Assembly (NCBI GenBank): GCA_964502855.1
Contig: CAZDAB010000001.1
Span: 1 to 49,850 of the forward strand
DNA from: an uncultured Desulfobacteraceae bacterium
GTDB lineage: Bacteria; Desulfobacterota; Desulfobacteria; Desulfobacterales; UBA11574
Reading direction: 5' to 3'
Length of the DNA stretch: 49,850 bases
Translations under genes and position numbers: made by a program
Shown here: piece by piece, positions 35,933 through 46,315 of the stretch
Numbering within the stretch: the first letter of the stretch is position 1
Layout: every line of letters starts with the position of its first letter
The notes under the pieces: model-generated
Database searches by the model: none
What the model saw: the letters and a program-made list of their open reading frames with translations, nothing else
What the model was told of the DNA's origin: nothing

Positions 35933-36457
35933 TTATTCGCTTTCTTCCCCTTCCGATTTTTTAACACCCACCTCGGACCCGAGTTTTTCCAGTGAATCAG
36001 TGCTTGAGATAACATCCTGAAGCAATTCATCCAGTTTGTCGTTCCCGTCGAGTTTATTGAGCAAATCGGAAAGCCGTTTTCTGGCATCTACCAGTTTGCG
36101 CACCGGTGTGATTTGTTCCGCAACACGCTCAGGGTGAAAATCATCTATGGATTTAAACCGAAGTTCTACAGCCATTTTCGTGTCATCATCCGTTAGCTTG
36201 TTGTCAGCCCTGAAGGCCAGTCTGGGTTTCATACCGGCAAGCACATTGTCAAAATTGTCCCTGTCAATCTCAACGAATTTTCTGTCCTTGAGTTTGGGTA
36301 AGGGTTCATCGGGTTTGCCGGACAGGTCACCCAGGACACCAACGACAAAAGGAATTTCCTTCATTTCAATGGCGTCACCCACCTCCACGTCATAGGTTAT
36401 CTGAACCCTGGGGGCCCTTACCCGGTCGAGGGTATGTTGTAAACTCTCCTTAGCCAT
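35933..36457 (-). CDS. tssB: T6SS contractile sheath small subunit TssB (VipA)
   Basis: RVQITYDVEVGDAIEMKEIPFVVGVLGDLSG and FKSIDDFHPERV are TssB hallmarks. RBS AAGGAG. Confidence 0.95.
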   Translation of the reverse strand: MAKESLQHTLDRVRAPRVQITYDVEVGDAIEMKEIPFVVGVLGDLSGKPDEPLPKLKDRKFVEIDRDNFDNVLAGMKPRLAFRADNKLTDDDTKMAVELRFKSIDDFHPERVAEQITPVRKLVDARKRLSDLLNKLDGNDKLDELLQDVISSTDSLEKLGSEVGVKKSEGEESE

Positions 36458-36488
36458 GGTTCATTCTCCTTTCTGCTTGTAAGCATTA

Positions 36489-37877
36489 TTATTCATATTT
36501 TATCGCTTTGGTTATATCCTTTGTACACAGTTTTTGGAAAAGTTCAGAGTTGGCCTTGTACCGGTCATCATCAGAAGCCCCTTCCGATGTCAGGCACTGA
36601 TAATAGGCATCAAGCACTTCGGCAATCCACAGGGGAGATTCCCACTGTTCAAGGCCCAACTGTTCTATCAATGCATGCAGTTCTTCTATCACGGGTCTTG
36701 CGATATCCGGCCTTCCTGCTTTAAGACAAAGCCTGGCGATGAGAAGCCGGTACCTGTTTTTATGTCTTACGGAAGTCGCACTGCAAGAGGCATTGAGGAG
36801 TTTTGTCAGAGCTTCTTTTACGCCGGATGCCTGCAAGGTATTCAGTGCGTCTTTCCAAAGTTCCTGCTCCATCGAATCGGAATCGCTGGTAATTCCCGAA
36901 GGAAACGGCACAGAAGGAGCAGAAAAAGCGCCGATCTCCGGCTGGGGTGCGGATGGAGGCACCGGTTCGGTGGTTTCCATTTCATATTCATCTTGAACAG
37001 CCTCTGAAACGCCTTCTGTCCGAGCTTCGGATTCAGCTTCGGATTCAGCTTCGGATTCCGGTTCTGGATCGGGTTCGATTTCCCTCTTCTTTTTTAATAT
37101 CCGTGAAATAAGAAGGTCGCAGTCTTGGATGGACTGTTTCAGTTCAGACAATCTGGGCGCTTGGTTTCCGAATTTTTCATCCACTGTTTGATCAAAGATT
37201 TTGAATTCTTCCACACATGAGGCAAGAACGCTCTCCAACCCCACATAAAACGCCTTTGACGACACGGCGACAGAATTATCAAAATCTTCGGCAGGTAGCT
37301 TGCCCTCGGCTATCTTTTCATCACGTGCGGCCTTTTTGCTGTCGTCCACATCACCGTTTTGATTAAGGGTATCTTTTTCATAGCCCACCTGACGGGACTC
37401 CTGCCATTGTAACCACGAATAGCCCGATGTTACACTGCGGTCGGTAACCGTAACCTCTTTAATGGGAAACCAGAGATTATTGTTCAAAAACTCAAGAGGC
37501 CCTATTCTGTAATCAAGATCGTCTTCATCTATTTCGGGATAGACCGTGTCCCAGAAATTACTCAAAAAACCGGTAAGAATTTTCAGGCCGGCAATCAGTC
37601 CTTCAAAACCTTCGGTCCTTGTTAATGCCTCTGTAAGCCAGGCGGCTATTTGAAGATCTTTGGTGTTCTCAGTAAGTGCCTCCACAGAAAGAACAATGAC
37701 CTTGTCCCAGTCAGATGTTTTGATCTCACGGTCCCAGTCCCCGCGATCCAGAGGATCATCCGCCCGTCTTGCCTCCTTTATCTCATCATAGACCGGAGCA
37801 TATCGGAGGTTTTCTCCTGCAGGATTGTCCCCTGGGAGCGGGACCAGGATGGCATCGATGTCGATGGTACGCTTCAT
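36489..37877 (-). CDS. tssA: T6SS protein TssA (ImpA N-terminal domain family)
   Basis: ILVPLPGDNPAGENLRYAPVYDEIKEARR is the ImpA_N signature. I prefer ATG 37877 (RBS GGAG, 4 nt after the tagJ stop) over the tracked 37961, which would overlap tagJ. Confidence 0.85.
   Translation of the reverse strand: MKRTIDIDAILVPLPGDNPAGENLRYAPVYDEIKEARRADDPLDRGDWDREIKTSDWDKVIVLSVEALTENTKDLQIAAWLTEALTRTEGFEGLIAGLKILTGFLSNFWDTVYPEIDEDDLDYRIGPLEFLNNNLWFPIKEVTVTDRSVTSGYSWLQWQESRQVGYEKDTLNQNGDVDDSKKAARDEKIAEGKLPAEDFDNSVAVSSKAFYVGLESVLASCVEEFKIFDQTVDEKFGNQAPRLSELKQSIQDCDLLISRILKKKREIEPDPEPESEAESEAESEARTEGVSEAVQDEYEMETTEPVPPSAPQPEIGAFSAPSVPFPSGITSDSDSMEQELWKDALNTLQASGVKEALTKLLNASCSATSVRHKNRYRLLIARLCLKAGRPDIARPVIEELHALIEQLGLEQWESPLWIAEVLDAYYQCLTSEGASDDDRYKANSELFQKLCTKDITKAIKYE
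37024..37059. repeat. in-frame 12-bp tandem repeat (3 copies) encoding the SEAE repeats of the TssA acidic linker
   Basis: gcttcggattca x2, then gcttcggattcc. Protein: EPDPEPESEAESEAESEA. Confidence 0.7.
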
Positions 37878-37881
37878 GTTT

Positions 37882-38691
37882 TTACTCCGATTGATTTGGC
37901 TTAAAAACGGCTTCTTCGATTTCCAGAATTCCGATTTCTTTCTCACCGACCTGGAAAACATGCTGTCCCACGCCTTGGTAAAAACCTTGGCCCAGATCCA
38001 TCCAATCCGTCATGCGCCCCCGCTTCAGCCGATCATCTTCATGGCGAAACGACTCCGGGTAAAGCACCGGCAGAAAGCAGTTTAAGGTCAGCCCATCCCG
38101 GGTGGTAATTTGTGCCGAGGTCCACAAAAGATCCAAAAACGTTTTGGGCCTGGGAACACACAGCTCCCGGAGGAATTCAAAGGGCAACCAGACATATCGT
38201 TCATGAACAAACACCTCCAGAAAACAGGATAGTCGGGTGTCCGTATCCCGAAACCCATTAAAATCTTTGCCGTTCAGCGTTCCCGAGACGGGCGGGCGTT
38301 GGGTGTGGATCTCCTGGAATATGGTTTGGGCGGCCTGGAACTGCTGGTTATCCAGTTTTTGACAGGCGGTTTTATACTGCTCTATATAGGCTGGAGATTT
38401 CGGCAAAAAATCGGGTTGTCCTTGGTTTTGCGTAACTTGGATCCGTTCGATTTCGGCCTGAATCAGGTTCAGATAAACCTGGACCCCGGCCTGCCGGGTC
38501 GCGTCCTGGGCAGCGATAATCTCAAGATGGCGTCGGGCTTTGTCCCATTCGCCCAGATAAGCCAGAACCTGAAACAAAAGCGTGCGACTGCTCTGGTCGC
38601 CGGGTGAAGATTTAACCGCCTCGACCAATTGACTGCGGGCGTCTGAAAGCTTACCGTCCTGAATAAGGTCCTTGATATTCATTTTAATCAA
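37882..38691 (-). CDS. tagJ: T6SS accessory protein TagJ (ImpE/SciE family)
   Basis: N-terminus LIQDGKLSDARSQLVEAVKSSPGDQSSRTLLFQVLAYLGEWDKARRHLEIIA matches the ImpE TPR-like pattern; ~270 aa. Confidence 0.8.
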   Translation of the reverse strand: MIKMNIKDLIQDGKLSDARSQLVEAVKSSPGDQSSRTLLFQVLAYLGEWDKARRHLEIIAAQDATRQAGVQVYLNLIQAEIERIQVTQNQGQPDFLPKSPAYIEQYKTACQKLDNQQFQAAQTIFQEIHTQRPPVSGTLNGKDFNGFRDTDTRLSCFLEVFVHERYVWLPFEFLRELCVPRPKTFLDLLWTSAQITTRDGLTLNCFLPVLYPESFRHEDDRLKRGRMTDWMDLGQGFYQGVGQHVFQVGEKEIGILEIEEAVFKPNQSE

Positions 38692-38730
38692 TAATCCTTA
38701 TTGGTTACAGGGTTACGTTGGTCATCTCAA

Positions 38731-39510
38731 CTACCGAGCATCCGTGTGGGCTGACCAGAGTCCGACAAAATCGCTGGCATTTAAAGACCGGTTAAAAACA
38801 GCCAGAAAACGTTTTTCAGGGACTCCACCCAAAAATACCGCATTGGGAACATCTGAACTGTTTACTTTTAACAAAAAGTTCCAACGGCTCGCAATATCAA
38901 GGGGATCTTCGTCGATCTGGATGTCAAGGGGTACCAGACATTCCATTTTTTTAGCCAGGCAATCCGCTTTTTCCTTTATTTGATCATTGTCCTTTGAGAT
39001 TGTCAAGGCGTTAGTCAAAGATTGAAGTTTTCCCTGGTTTCTGCTTTGAGATTTCCATTCCAGCCAGTCAGGCTTAGGGTTCTTAATGGCACAGACCTCA
39101 TATTCCAGCCCCTTTAAATTTTCAAACCGCCTTGAGGATATGTATTCAATCTGATCCCAGGTTGTTTCAAAAGCATGGGGGAGAAGATCCCAATGGTCTT
39201 CCCATCCGTCAAGCATACCATCTCCCATAATAATAAGCGGATAGGGCCGTCCGATACTGTCGCTGCTGTCTTTTGCGACACCGCAAATCAGGTTTCCCTT
39301 TTTTATACCTTTGGCCCAAAAGCGCCAGGAATACATACACTGGGTAGAGAGTTGCTTGCTGCTTAAAACCTGATACCCCTTTTCAACCCATCTTTCAAAT
39401 GCAGCTAACAGGGAGGTGTTCAGGCTTAAACGAAAATAATCCCTTGCCACCGGGTGTTTGCCGCAGGCCGCCCAATTCCATCTGTTTTTGGGTTTTCCTA
39501 TTCCCAGCAT
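38731..39510 (-). CDS. tagF: T6SS-associated protein TagF (DUF2094 family)
   Basis: The N-terminal motif WAACGKHPVARDYF resembles the TagF G-K-x-P-x-x-x-D-[FY] signature. The gene lies immediately downstream of tssM and overlaps it by 13 nt, as in H1-type clusters. Confidence 0.75.
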   Translation of the reverse strand: MLGIGKPKNRWNWAACGKHPVARDYFRLSLNTSLLAAFERWVEKGYQVLSSKQLSTQCMYSWRFWAKGIKKGNLICGVAKDSSDSIGRPYPLIIMGDGMLDGWEDHWDLLPHAFETTWDQIEYISSRRFENLKGLEYEVCAIKNPKPDWLEWKSQSRNQGKLQSLTNALTISKDNDQIKEKADCLAKKMECLVPLDIQIDEDPLDIASRWNFLLKVNSSDVPNAVFLGGVPEKRFLAVFNRSLNASDFVGLWSAHTDAR

Positions 39511-42500
39511 TTTGCAATACTCCGGGGGATTCTTCCAGGCGCCGACAGGAGGAGTTTTAAAACCGGCCGGTGTCCTTTGAATTGATATTTCACGGTTATG
39601 AATCTAATTCCTATCCTTTTAAGCGCCGATTCTTCAGCGGGAAACTCACTGCGGTAAAATGTATGCTGGCCGCTTTCAAAATCTTTGATAAACTTCGGAA
39701 ATGCTTGATATCCTGTATATATTTTTGTAAGAACGATGTCCTCCACTTTTATCGTAAAGATAACATCCCCACAGGTTTGGGGTGACCAGTTGAACGTTTT
39801 TTTTACCGGGTAATTTAGATTGACCAATCTTGGCGTTTCTGATGCACATTGAAGTTCCAGGATGGTTTCCTGAGGTCTTATAAAGGCGCCGCTATTGGCT
39901 CCCGTGGGAAAGGCTTTTATGGTCACACTATATGTCCCTTTTACCGGTTTTGCCGCTTTTGTGCCTTTGGTTAAGTAGGAGAGAAAGTATTCATTAAAGT
40001 CAATATTTTTACCCATCACCTTTTTAGCATAGTACCCTTTTTTCAACGTTCGACTAAGAAAAGGTTCTGCAGGTCCTTTAATGAATTTTATTGCAAAACC
40101 GTCCTCCCCCATAAGGAGCTGATTCGTGTCCTTCTGATCCGATACGTCCTGCATTTCCATCAGAACTTCTTTTTCCCATCGGCTTTGGAGGTAACAGGAG
40201 GATTCCCTTAAAACGAATTCATGGAAAAAATCTACTGGCCCGGTTACCAGTTCCCAGATTATTTCTGGGTTTGTTTTTGGTTTTATCAAAACGGTTTTTA
40301 ATTTTCTTAACGCATTTTGAGCCGTATAAAAGGGTGATTGGCTGGTAGCCGGATCTTCACTGTATATTTCAACCGCTATTTTGTAAGCAACAAGACTGGA
40401 TGCGGATACCGGTGTGATTTCATTCAGGGCGCTTTGATAATCATAAAAGGCTTTGCCGGCAAGCAAGCGAGATTCCATATTCAAAGCACCTTCTGCGGCT
40501 GTGCCAATCGCTTGTTTAGTCGGTGTTAATCTTGATTTTACTTTTCTCAAGAGGCCCAGCTTTTCGATGTTATTTTTCTTTATTGCTTCGGCTTGAAGTT
40601 TCACAGATTTAAAATCGTAAACAAAATTTACCCATCCGGGGCACTTTTCCCCTTTGGAAAAGGGGTTCAGTTCTTTGGCCATCATTGCGAATAAGGCAAA
40701 ATAGGGATTCTGATCCGAACCCATTCCGGCAGCAACCTCTTCCCATTTCTCCTTGCCTTTAAGACGATCGGGTCCTTTGGGAAAAACCGTTGCAAAATCA
40801 TACCAGGCTTGCAAATATTCTTGAGAATACCATTTTTCAAATTTGAGTTTCTGCTCGGCAATGATCAAGGGATCAAAAAGAGCGGACTCAATCTCTTTTA
40901 GAAAAAGGTCGATCTGGTCTTTTCCATGGATGGTAAAGGAGGGAAGTACGCTTACATCATTAGGATTTTTCAAACCTTCCCCCCAGAAATCGGCCAAAGT
41001 CACCGGCAAAAAAGCCGGATCTGAATTGACCCAACTGATCAGCCAGTTCAAGGTTGCACCTTCAAATGTCAAAATGTGTTTCAGCCAGGTTTGCAGATTG
41101 TTCATTTCTTGATTCAAGCTTGCCTTATCCTGCCGCCAGATTAAAAAATAAAGATACAATTGGGTTAGCTTTTTGCTGACTTCTGGGATCAGGTTTTGAT
41201 CTGCTCCCGATACAAAGGTGTCAAAGGGGGGTTGAGACCGGGATTGAAGTCCTTCAAGGCCTTCACCTAAAATCCGACCATTAATGAGATTGATACGTCT
41301 CACCAGATGTGCTGCATATTTTCCGAGGGTTTCCCGGGTAGTAGCGGCAGAAAACAGTGTCATGGTATCCGCCATCTGCTTGTCAAAAGAAACTAAAAAA
41401 CGATTGCGAAACTGTTTACAAAACTTTTCTTTTAATTTTTTTTCAACATTTCTGCTTTCATTTAATCCAAGCCGCGGAACCCACCAGCTATTATTTTGCC
41501 TTTCCGCTTTAGAAACCGCTTTACGAAATTGATCCATGGTAATCGTATCCGATAGGATTTCGCCCTGTAATACCGGCGGCTTGGAAAATTCGTGCGAAAC
41601 ATCCCTGAGCGTTTTTAAGTTTTTCACAAAGGAAAAGCTTAACAGTCCACAGACAGCAACACAAATGGCAACCCAGGAAGTCAGTCCCATATTTCTGGTC
41701 AGTCGGCTCCATTCAAGGGTTCGCTGGGTAGGAGAAAACAGTCCCCTGTCGATGGGTAGTATTTTTGAGAAAAAATCATGCAGAAACAATCCTTTATCGG
41801 TTCCGGGCAGAACTTCTTTTTCTTCGATAAGACCCAGTTCCTTTAAAAAGTGGGAATACGGACTCCCCTCCTGCTTGCCGCTGCTAAAGAAAAAACCTCG
41901 TAAAATCGGCGTTTCCTGATATGGATTTTCCTGAAAAGCACTTCGAATAAAAGCATCCAGACCCGCTTTTAGTTTCTCAAATTCTTCGGGAAACAACACA
42001 AGACTCGGATCAGCACCTTTGGACTCAGGCTTGTGAAAAAGGAGGAGCCTTAAATCTTTCAGCCGTTCTCCAAGGGTATGCATTGTGCGGCGGCTAAATT
42101 CAGCAGCGTCTTTTGAAAGTTCATGGTTCAAAACGCCCATGGCCTGATCATGGCCTTTTTCAGAAATCCGATCACAAAATTGGGTCATTCCTTGAATTAA
42201 ATCACACTTTGTCACCAGCACATAAACCGGAAATTTTGCACCCAATACCCGCATCAGTTCATCGATACGTCGGCGAATACTTTTGCCCGACGCCTCAATT
42301 AATTCCGGGCCGGTATCGAGTAATTTATCAGCGGCAATGGTCACCACAAGACCATTTAACGGCTCTTTTTTCCTGAATTTGATTAAAAGAGACAAAAACT
42401 TTTGCCATTCATCTTTATCGCGGCCCTCATCTACGGGAATGGCATACCGACCGGCGGTGTCGATAAGTATGGCCTGTTCAAAAAACCACCAATCACAATT

Positions 42501-42977
42501 CTTTGTACCGGAAATCCCGGATGTGCGACTCACTTCAGCAAAAGGCGATGAAAGACGAGCGCTTTTAATGGCGGTAGTTTTGCCGGACCCGCTCTCTCCG
42601 ATCACCATATACCATGGCAGTACGTAAAGCGGATTACCGTATTTTTTCAGGTGGGATTTCCGCAACGTCTCCATGGCTTCTTTCCAGCGATCCTGAAGTT
42701 CCTGTGAGTTTTTCCTCTCTTTATCCCCAAGTGATTTCAGATAGTGTTGATCCTGCTCTATTACCTGATTGACAAAGCGCTCTTCGCGGCGCCGGCCCAG
42801 AACTTTTTTAAGGAAAACAAGACCCAAGCCGATACCCACAAGACCCGTAAGGATAAAAAAGCCCACCCACCACGGCCAGCCAATACCCAATACAAGACCG
42901 AAAACCAGTAGAACGGCAAAGAGAATCAACGTGACAATAAGAAAGATCTTTATTATCTTTATAATAAGCTGTTTCAT
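39498..42977 (-). CDS. tssM: T6SS membrane complex subunit TssM (IcmF)
   Basis: Three N-terminal TM helices. Walker A GESGSGKTTAI. ~1160 aa. Adjacent to tssL. Confidence 0.95.
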   Translation of the reverse strand: MKQLIIKIIKIFLIVTLILFAVLLVFGLVLGIGWPWWVGFFILTGLVGIGLGLVFLKKVLGRRREERFVNQVIEQDQHYLKSLGDKERKNSQELQDRWKEAMETLRKSHLKKYGNPLYVLPWYMVIGESGSGKTTAIKSARLSSPFAEVSRTSGISGTKNCDWWFFEQAILIDTAGRYAIPVDEGRDKDEWQKFLSLLIKFRKKEPLNGLVVTIAADKLLDTGPELIEASGKSIRRRIDELMRVLGAKFPVYVLVTKCDLIQGMTQFCDRISEKGHDQAMGVLNHELSKDAAEFSRRTMHTLGERLKDLRLLLFHKPESKGADPSLVLFPEEFEKLKAGLDAFIRSAFQENPYQETPILRGFFFSSGKQEGSPYSHFLKELGLIEEKEVLPGTDKGLFLHDFFSKILPIDRGLFSPTQRTLEWSRLTRNMGLTSWVAICVAVCGLLSFSFVKNLKTLRDVSHEFSKPPVLQGEILSDTITMDQFRKAVSKAERQNNSWWVPRLGLNESRNVEKKLKEKFCKQFRNRFLVSFDKQMADTMTLFSAATTRETLGKYAAHLVRRINLINGRILGEGLEGLQSRSQPPFDTFVSGADQNLIPEVSKKLTQLYLYFLIWRQDKASLNQEMNNLQTWLKHILTFEGATLNWLISWVNSDPAFLPVTLADFWGEGLKNPNDVSVLPSFTIHGKDQIDLFLKEIESALFDPLIIAEQKLKFEKWYSQEYLQAWYDFATVFPKGPDRLKGKEKWEEVAAGMGSDQNPYFALFAMMAKELNPFSKGEKCPGWVNFVYDFKSVKLQAEAIKKNNIEKLGLLRKVKSRLTPTKQAIGTAAEGALNMESRLLAGKAFYDYQSALNEITPVSASSLVAYKIAVEIYSEDPATSQSPFYTAQNALRKLKTVLIKPKTNPEIIWELVTGPVDFFHEFVLRESSCYLQSRWEKEVLMEMQDVSDQKDTNQLLMGEDGFAIKFIKGPAEPFLSRTLKKGYYAKKVMGKNIDFNEYFLSYLTKGTKAAKPVKGTYSVTIKAFPTGANSGAFIRPQETILELQCASETPRLVNLNYPVKKTFNWSPQTCGDVIFTIKVEDIVLTKIYTGYQAFPKFIKDFESGQHTFYRSEFPAEESALKRIGIRFITVKYQFKGHRPVLKLLLSAPGRIPRSIAKCWE

Positions 42978-43655
42978 TTACGGCACCGTGCTGATAAAAG
43001 TTTGTCCGATATTGTTTAAAACAAAACGGTAAATCAAAAACAAAATCCAGTAAAAAACCACTGGAGAGCAAAGGCATATTAAGGTAAACGATGAAAAACG
43101 CCTTCTTGTCTTTAAGGGCGCGGCCTCGACAGACTCAGCCGGGTATGACTCCGGAAAAAGTTCCCGTTTGTCAAGGGAGGGTATTCCCAGAGAACTCCCG
43201 GTAAGGAGCTTTAGATTCGATGTTTTTAGCTGCTCCAACAGGTATTCATCCCCTTGATGACAGTATTGTCCGGTAAAATTCATAGCCAGGCAGAGATAAT
43301 AGACCTCTCTCACATCTCGCTGGTGAGGACCTATGGTGTTAAGCCGCTCGAAAAAAATCTCTCCGGCATCCGCGGTATGGTAATACAGGCGCTGAAGCTG
43401 TTCCCGCTGCCACTGTGCTCTTCCCTTCCATGAGGAATTCATAATAATTTCATCAACCCATGCAAAAACCGCAAAACGAGCCAAATCATAATCCTCCCTG
43501 GGAACCGTTCCATCGTCAAGATATTTTTCGCTTTGTGTGATAAGACGCTGGATGTCGGTTCTAACCTGATCGTAGGAGGGTTGTTTTTCAGCTCCCGATT
43601 TTACCAAGTAGGCGATATAAGCGATGATGTTAATAAAGCAGTCGATCAGACGCAT
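42978..43655 (-). CDS. tssL: T6SS membrane complex subunit TssL (DotU family), short form without a peptidoglycan-binding extension
   Basis: DotU-like FAVFAWVDEIIMNSSW and REVYYLCLAMNFTGQY. Single C-terminal TM helix. The protein ends shortly after the TM helix. Confidence 0.85.
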   Translation of the reverse strand: MRLIDCFINIIAYIAYLVKSGAEKQPSYDQVRTDIQRLITQSEKYLDDGTVPREDYDLARFAVFAWVDEIIMNSSWKGRAQWQREQLQRLYYHTADAGEIFFERLNTIGPHQRDVREVYYLCLAMNFTGQYCHQGDEYLLEQLKTSNLKLLTGSSLGIPSLDKRELFPESYPAESVEAAPLKTRRRFSSFTLICLCSPVVFYWILFLIYRFVLNNIGQTFISTVP

Positions 43656-43657
43656 AT

Positions 43658-45043
43658 CTAGGTCCTCCTCACAACCATAAGTTCCGCCTTCAAATCCTGT
43701 GGCGCTGCATCCCAGTAAAGTGCGAGATTATTCCCCTTTTGTACCTGATCCCACTGATCGCTATGGTGGTCGATCTGAAAATATATTGAATGTGCCCGCC
43801 GCGGCAGTTCCTGCGGAGGGATTGCAAGGTGATCGAGTTTTATCCCGGAAAGGGACCGGGCTATCAGAATGGGCAGCGTCTGCCTGGAGCTCAGCTTGGC
43901 GATCTTTCCCATGGTTTGAAGTACATTTTTAGGATCGGTCTCTGTTTCAAAAACCAGGAAAAATTGGTTTCGCCCTTCAAAGATTGTGGGCGGTAATTCT
44001 GCGGAAAAATAGGTCCCGTCGTACAGTAACTGAATAATATATTCCGGACCGGCGGTGATTTCGTCCAATAGCCGGGTAATCAGTAGTTTTGCGCCCGAAA
44101 AGCATTCCCATAAATTTTGATGGTCGTAACCCAATAAAAGCGAAGTTCCATGCTCTTGTTCTCCATTTACGGAAATATTTCCGGAAAATGAAGATAATTC
44201 CCCAATCACTTGTCTTAAAACAGAATACATTGACCATGGGTGGATTCTTTTGGTTTCGGTCAAATGCGTTAGAAGTGGTATATAACGGTTCAACGATCTT
44301 AATGCCAAAAGATAGACCATGTCTTTTGTCCCGAATTCCGCGCTGTGGATTCCCCTTTCCCGTTTGTAAGTTTCAAGCTGTCGTCCACGGGAGGAGATCT
44401 GGTCCCTGATTTCCGGAACAAGTTTGTTTAAAGTTTCAGACCCGGAAATGCATAGACAGGGGGGGATAAACTGTTTTGAAAGAACTATTTCGTCGCCATC
44501 TTTTTCCAAACAGGCAAGCGGGATAAGTTCATAATCTCCCAGAAGATCCATTTCCGTTTCCCAAAATATTTTCAACACATAGTAAAGCCTTTTTACCTCA
44601 GCCGATGGACCATTCTGATGTAAATCCTGTATCTCTTCAGGTTGGGTAGTAGTGACAAATCGGGTAGTAACATCAAAAAGATTATTGAGGCTGGACAAGA
44701 CCGTTACATTTTCTCCGGCATCATTCCATTTTTTAAGGCCCACATACACCGTAAAGGTTTTACCCCCTTCTTCCCATGCCGATTCAAAGGATCGGGCCTC
44801 TATCACGGCATTATCCGGGAAACCCGTATAGGTCATATCCGGGAATAAAAAATTTCCACTTAAAAGATCAAAGGAACGATTTCCAAGAGCTGCTTGCTGA
44901 ATCTCAATATCACCGATTCCCCAAAAATGAGGATTGATAAATCTGTGGAAAGGGATCAGCAATGATTGATCATAAAGATCTTTAAGCTGAAAATGCTGGG
45001 GCTGTAAAAAAAGGCCTTGATGCCAGAAAATCGGTCTTCTCAT
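43658..45043 (-). CDS. tssK: T6SS baseplate subunit TssK
   Basis: N-terminus RRPIFWHQGLFLQPQHFQ is the TssK hallmark; ~460 aa. Confidence 0.9.
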   Translation of the reverse strand: MRRPIFWHQGLFLQPQHFQLKDLYDQSLLIPFHRFINPHFWGIGDIEIQQAALGNRSFDLLSGNFLFPDMTYTGFPDNAVIEARSFESAWEEGGKTFTVYVGLKKWNDAGENVTVLSSLNNLFDVTTRFVTTTQPEEIQDLHQNGPSAEVKRLYYVLKIFWETEMDLLGDYELIPLACLEKDGDEIVLSKQFIPPCLCISGSETLNKLVPEIRDQISSRGRQLETYKRERGIHSAEFGTKDMVYLLALRSLNRYIPLLTHLTETKRIHPWSMYSVLRQVIGELSSFSGNISVNGEQEHGTSLLLGYDHQNLWECFSGAKLLITRLLDEITAGPEYIIQLLYDGTYFSAELPPTIFEGRNQFFLVFETETDPKNVLQTMGKIAKLSSRQTLPILIARSLSGIKLDHLAIPPQELPRRAHSIYFQIDHHSDQWDQVQKGNNLALYWDAAPQDLKAELMVVRRT

Positions 45044-45047
45044 ATTT

Positions 45048-45584
45048 CTATTTTCCTCCCACGGTTTCTATCTGCTGCGGCCCTAAAATCAGTTCAATAT
45101 TCAAGGGGCCGGGTTTTTGAATCCTTTTGCGTTTAAAAAACCCCTTTTCCTCCACCACAACCGGAATATCGAACAGCCGTATCATACGATCTTTCCGAAG
45201 CGTAAAATATCCTGCAACAATAGATAGATATTTGGCCCCCTCGGCTCGATCCAAAACAAAATTCATATCCTGTCCCGGGCGAGCAATCAATTTTTTTGAT
45301 GTGGCCACCGCAGAATCAAAAAGCCCGCATTCCAATAGGTTATAAATTCCGTCATTATCCCCGGCAAGCTGGTTAAATGCATTTGGATCTTTTAACTGAT
45401 ATACACAGACATAAAGTGTATGCGGTGTTCCTTCCTCCAAATTTAATTTTGGATCAGCCTTAATGTGCAGCTTGATCGCCTCTTTTTCATATTGCCACTG
45501 AGGAGGTAGAAGCGGCTGGGATGCACATGCATATATCATTGAACTAACCATCACCAAAAACAGGGCATTAAGATAATGTTTCAA
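45048..45584 (-). CDS. tssJ: T6SS outer-membrane lipoprotein TssJ (SciN family)
   Basis: Lipobox MIYAC. KLHIKADPKLN...LYVCVYQLKDPNAFNQL matches the SciN pattern. Located upstream of tssK. Confidence 0.8.
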   Translation of the reverse strand: MKHYLNALFLVMVSSMIYACASQPLLPPQWQYEKEAIKLHIKADPKLNLEEGTPHTLYVCVYQLKDPNAFNQLAGDNDGIYNLLECGLFDSAVATSKKLIARPGQDMNFVLDRAEGAKYLSIVAGYFTLRKDRMIRLFDIPVVVEEKGFFKRKRIQKPGPLNIELILGPQQIETVGGK

Positions 45585-45594
45585 TTTTACCTCC

Positions 45595-46311
45595 TTATTT
45601 TTCCATTAAATTTTGGCAGTTTTTTTCAAATTCTCGTAAAAATTCCTCCATGAATCGACCGGATTCAAACCACTTTTTTATCCTACGAAATTTTTCTTCG
45701 TATATTTCATAATATTCTGCTTTTCGGAGGGGACCGATCTTCAGCCCCCCGCCTCCTTGGGCAGAGATTCGGTCCGGATCAATTTCTTCAAGTATTTGGC
45801 CCACTTTAATCTGAGCAGTTTTTTTAAAGGAATGCTGGACCGTTAAAAAAGCTTCGTTTATTTGTCCGAGGTAGCTTTCCAGTGATTTTGTCTGTTCGTC
45901 TCCTTCAAGGTGAAAACCGATGACCTGACGGATGGTTTGGTCTCCGAAAGTCTCTCCGGTTAGCGTCATATTAATAACGCCAATTAACTGATTCAACGAA
46001 TCAAAAATAGTCTTCAACGATTCCGCCAACCGTTCTATGAGTTCTGTTGAAGAAAGATCGGTCCCGGAAACATCTCTTCCCAGCAAAAATGAAAATGTCC
46101 GGGGTATTATACTATTATCTATCCTGATTGGGTGCCTGCTGTCAAATTCATCAATCAATTTATTTAGCACATCTAAACTCTCGGGTCCGGATAGTTCTTT
46201 GAACCTGTTAGTTAAGAATTTTTCAATCTGCTTTTCCGACTGATTCTTATCTGAAATATAAATGTTTCTGATTTCATTTGCCAACCGGTCTATGGGTATG
46301 GGATCGCTCAT
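45595..46311 (-). CDS. TagH (Fha1) C-terminal-domain-like protein with no FHA domain
   Basis: Occupies the position immediately upstream of tssJ-tssK-tssL-tssM-tagF, where fha1/tagH sits in H1-type clusters. The C-terminus (RKAEYYEIYEEKFRRIKKWFESGRFMEEFLREFEKNCQ) recalls the TagH C-terminal region. No FHA motif is present, even in the 37-codon upstream extension (tracked start 46422). I prefer ATG 46311, 4 nt after the upstream stop. Confidence 0.55.
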   Translation of the reverse strand: MSDPIPIDRLANEIRNIYISDKNQSEKQIEKFLTNRFKELSGPESLDVLNKLIDEFDSRHPIRIDNSIIPRTFSFLLGRDVSGTDLSSTELIERLAESLKTIFDSLNQLIGVINMTLTGETFGDQTIRQVIGFHLEGDEQTKSLESYLGQINEAFLTVQHSFKKTAQIKVGQILEEIDPDRISAQGGGGLKIGPLRKAEYYEIYEEKFRRIKKWFESGRFMEEFLREFEKNCQNLMEK

Positions 46312-46315
46312 GGCA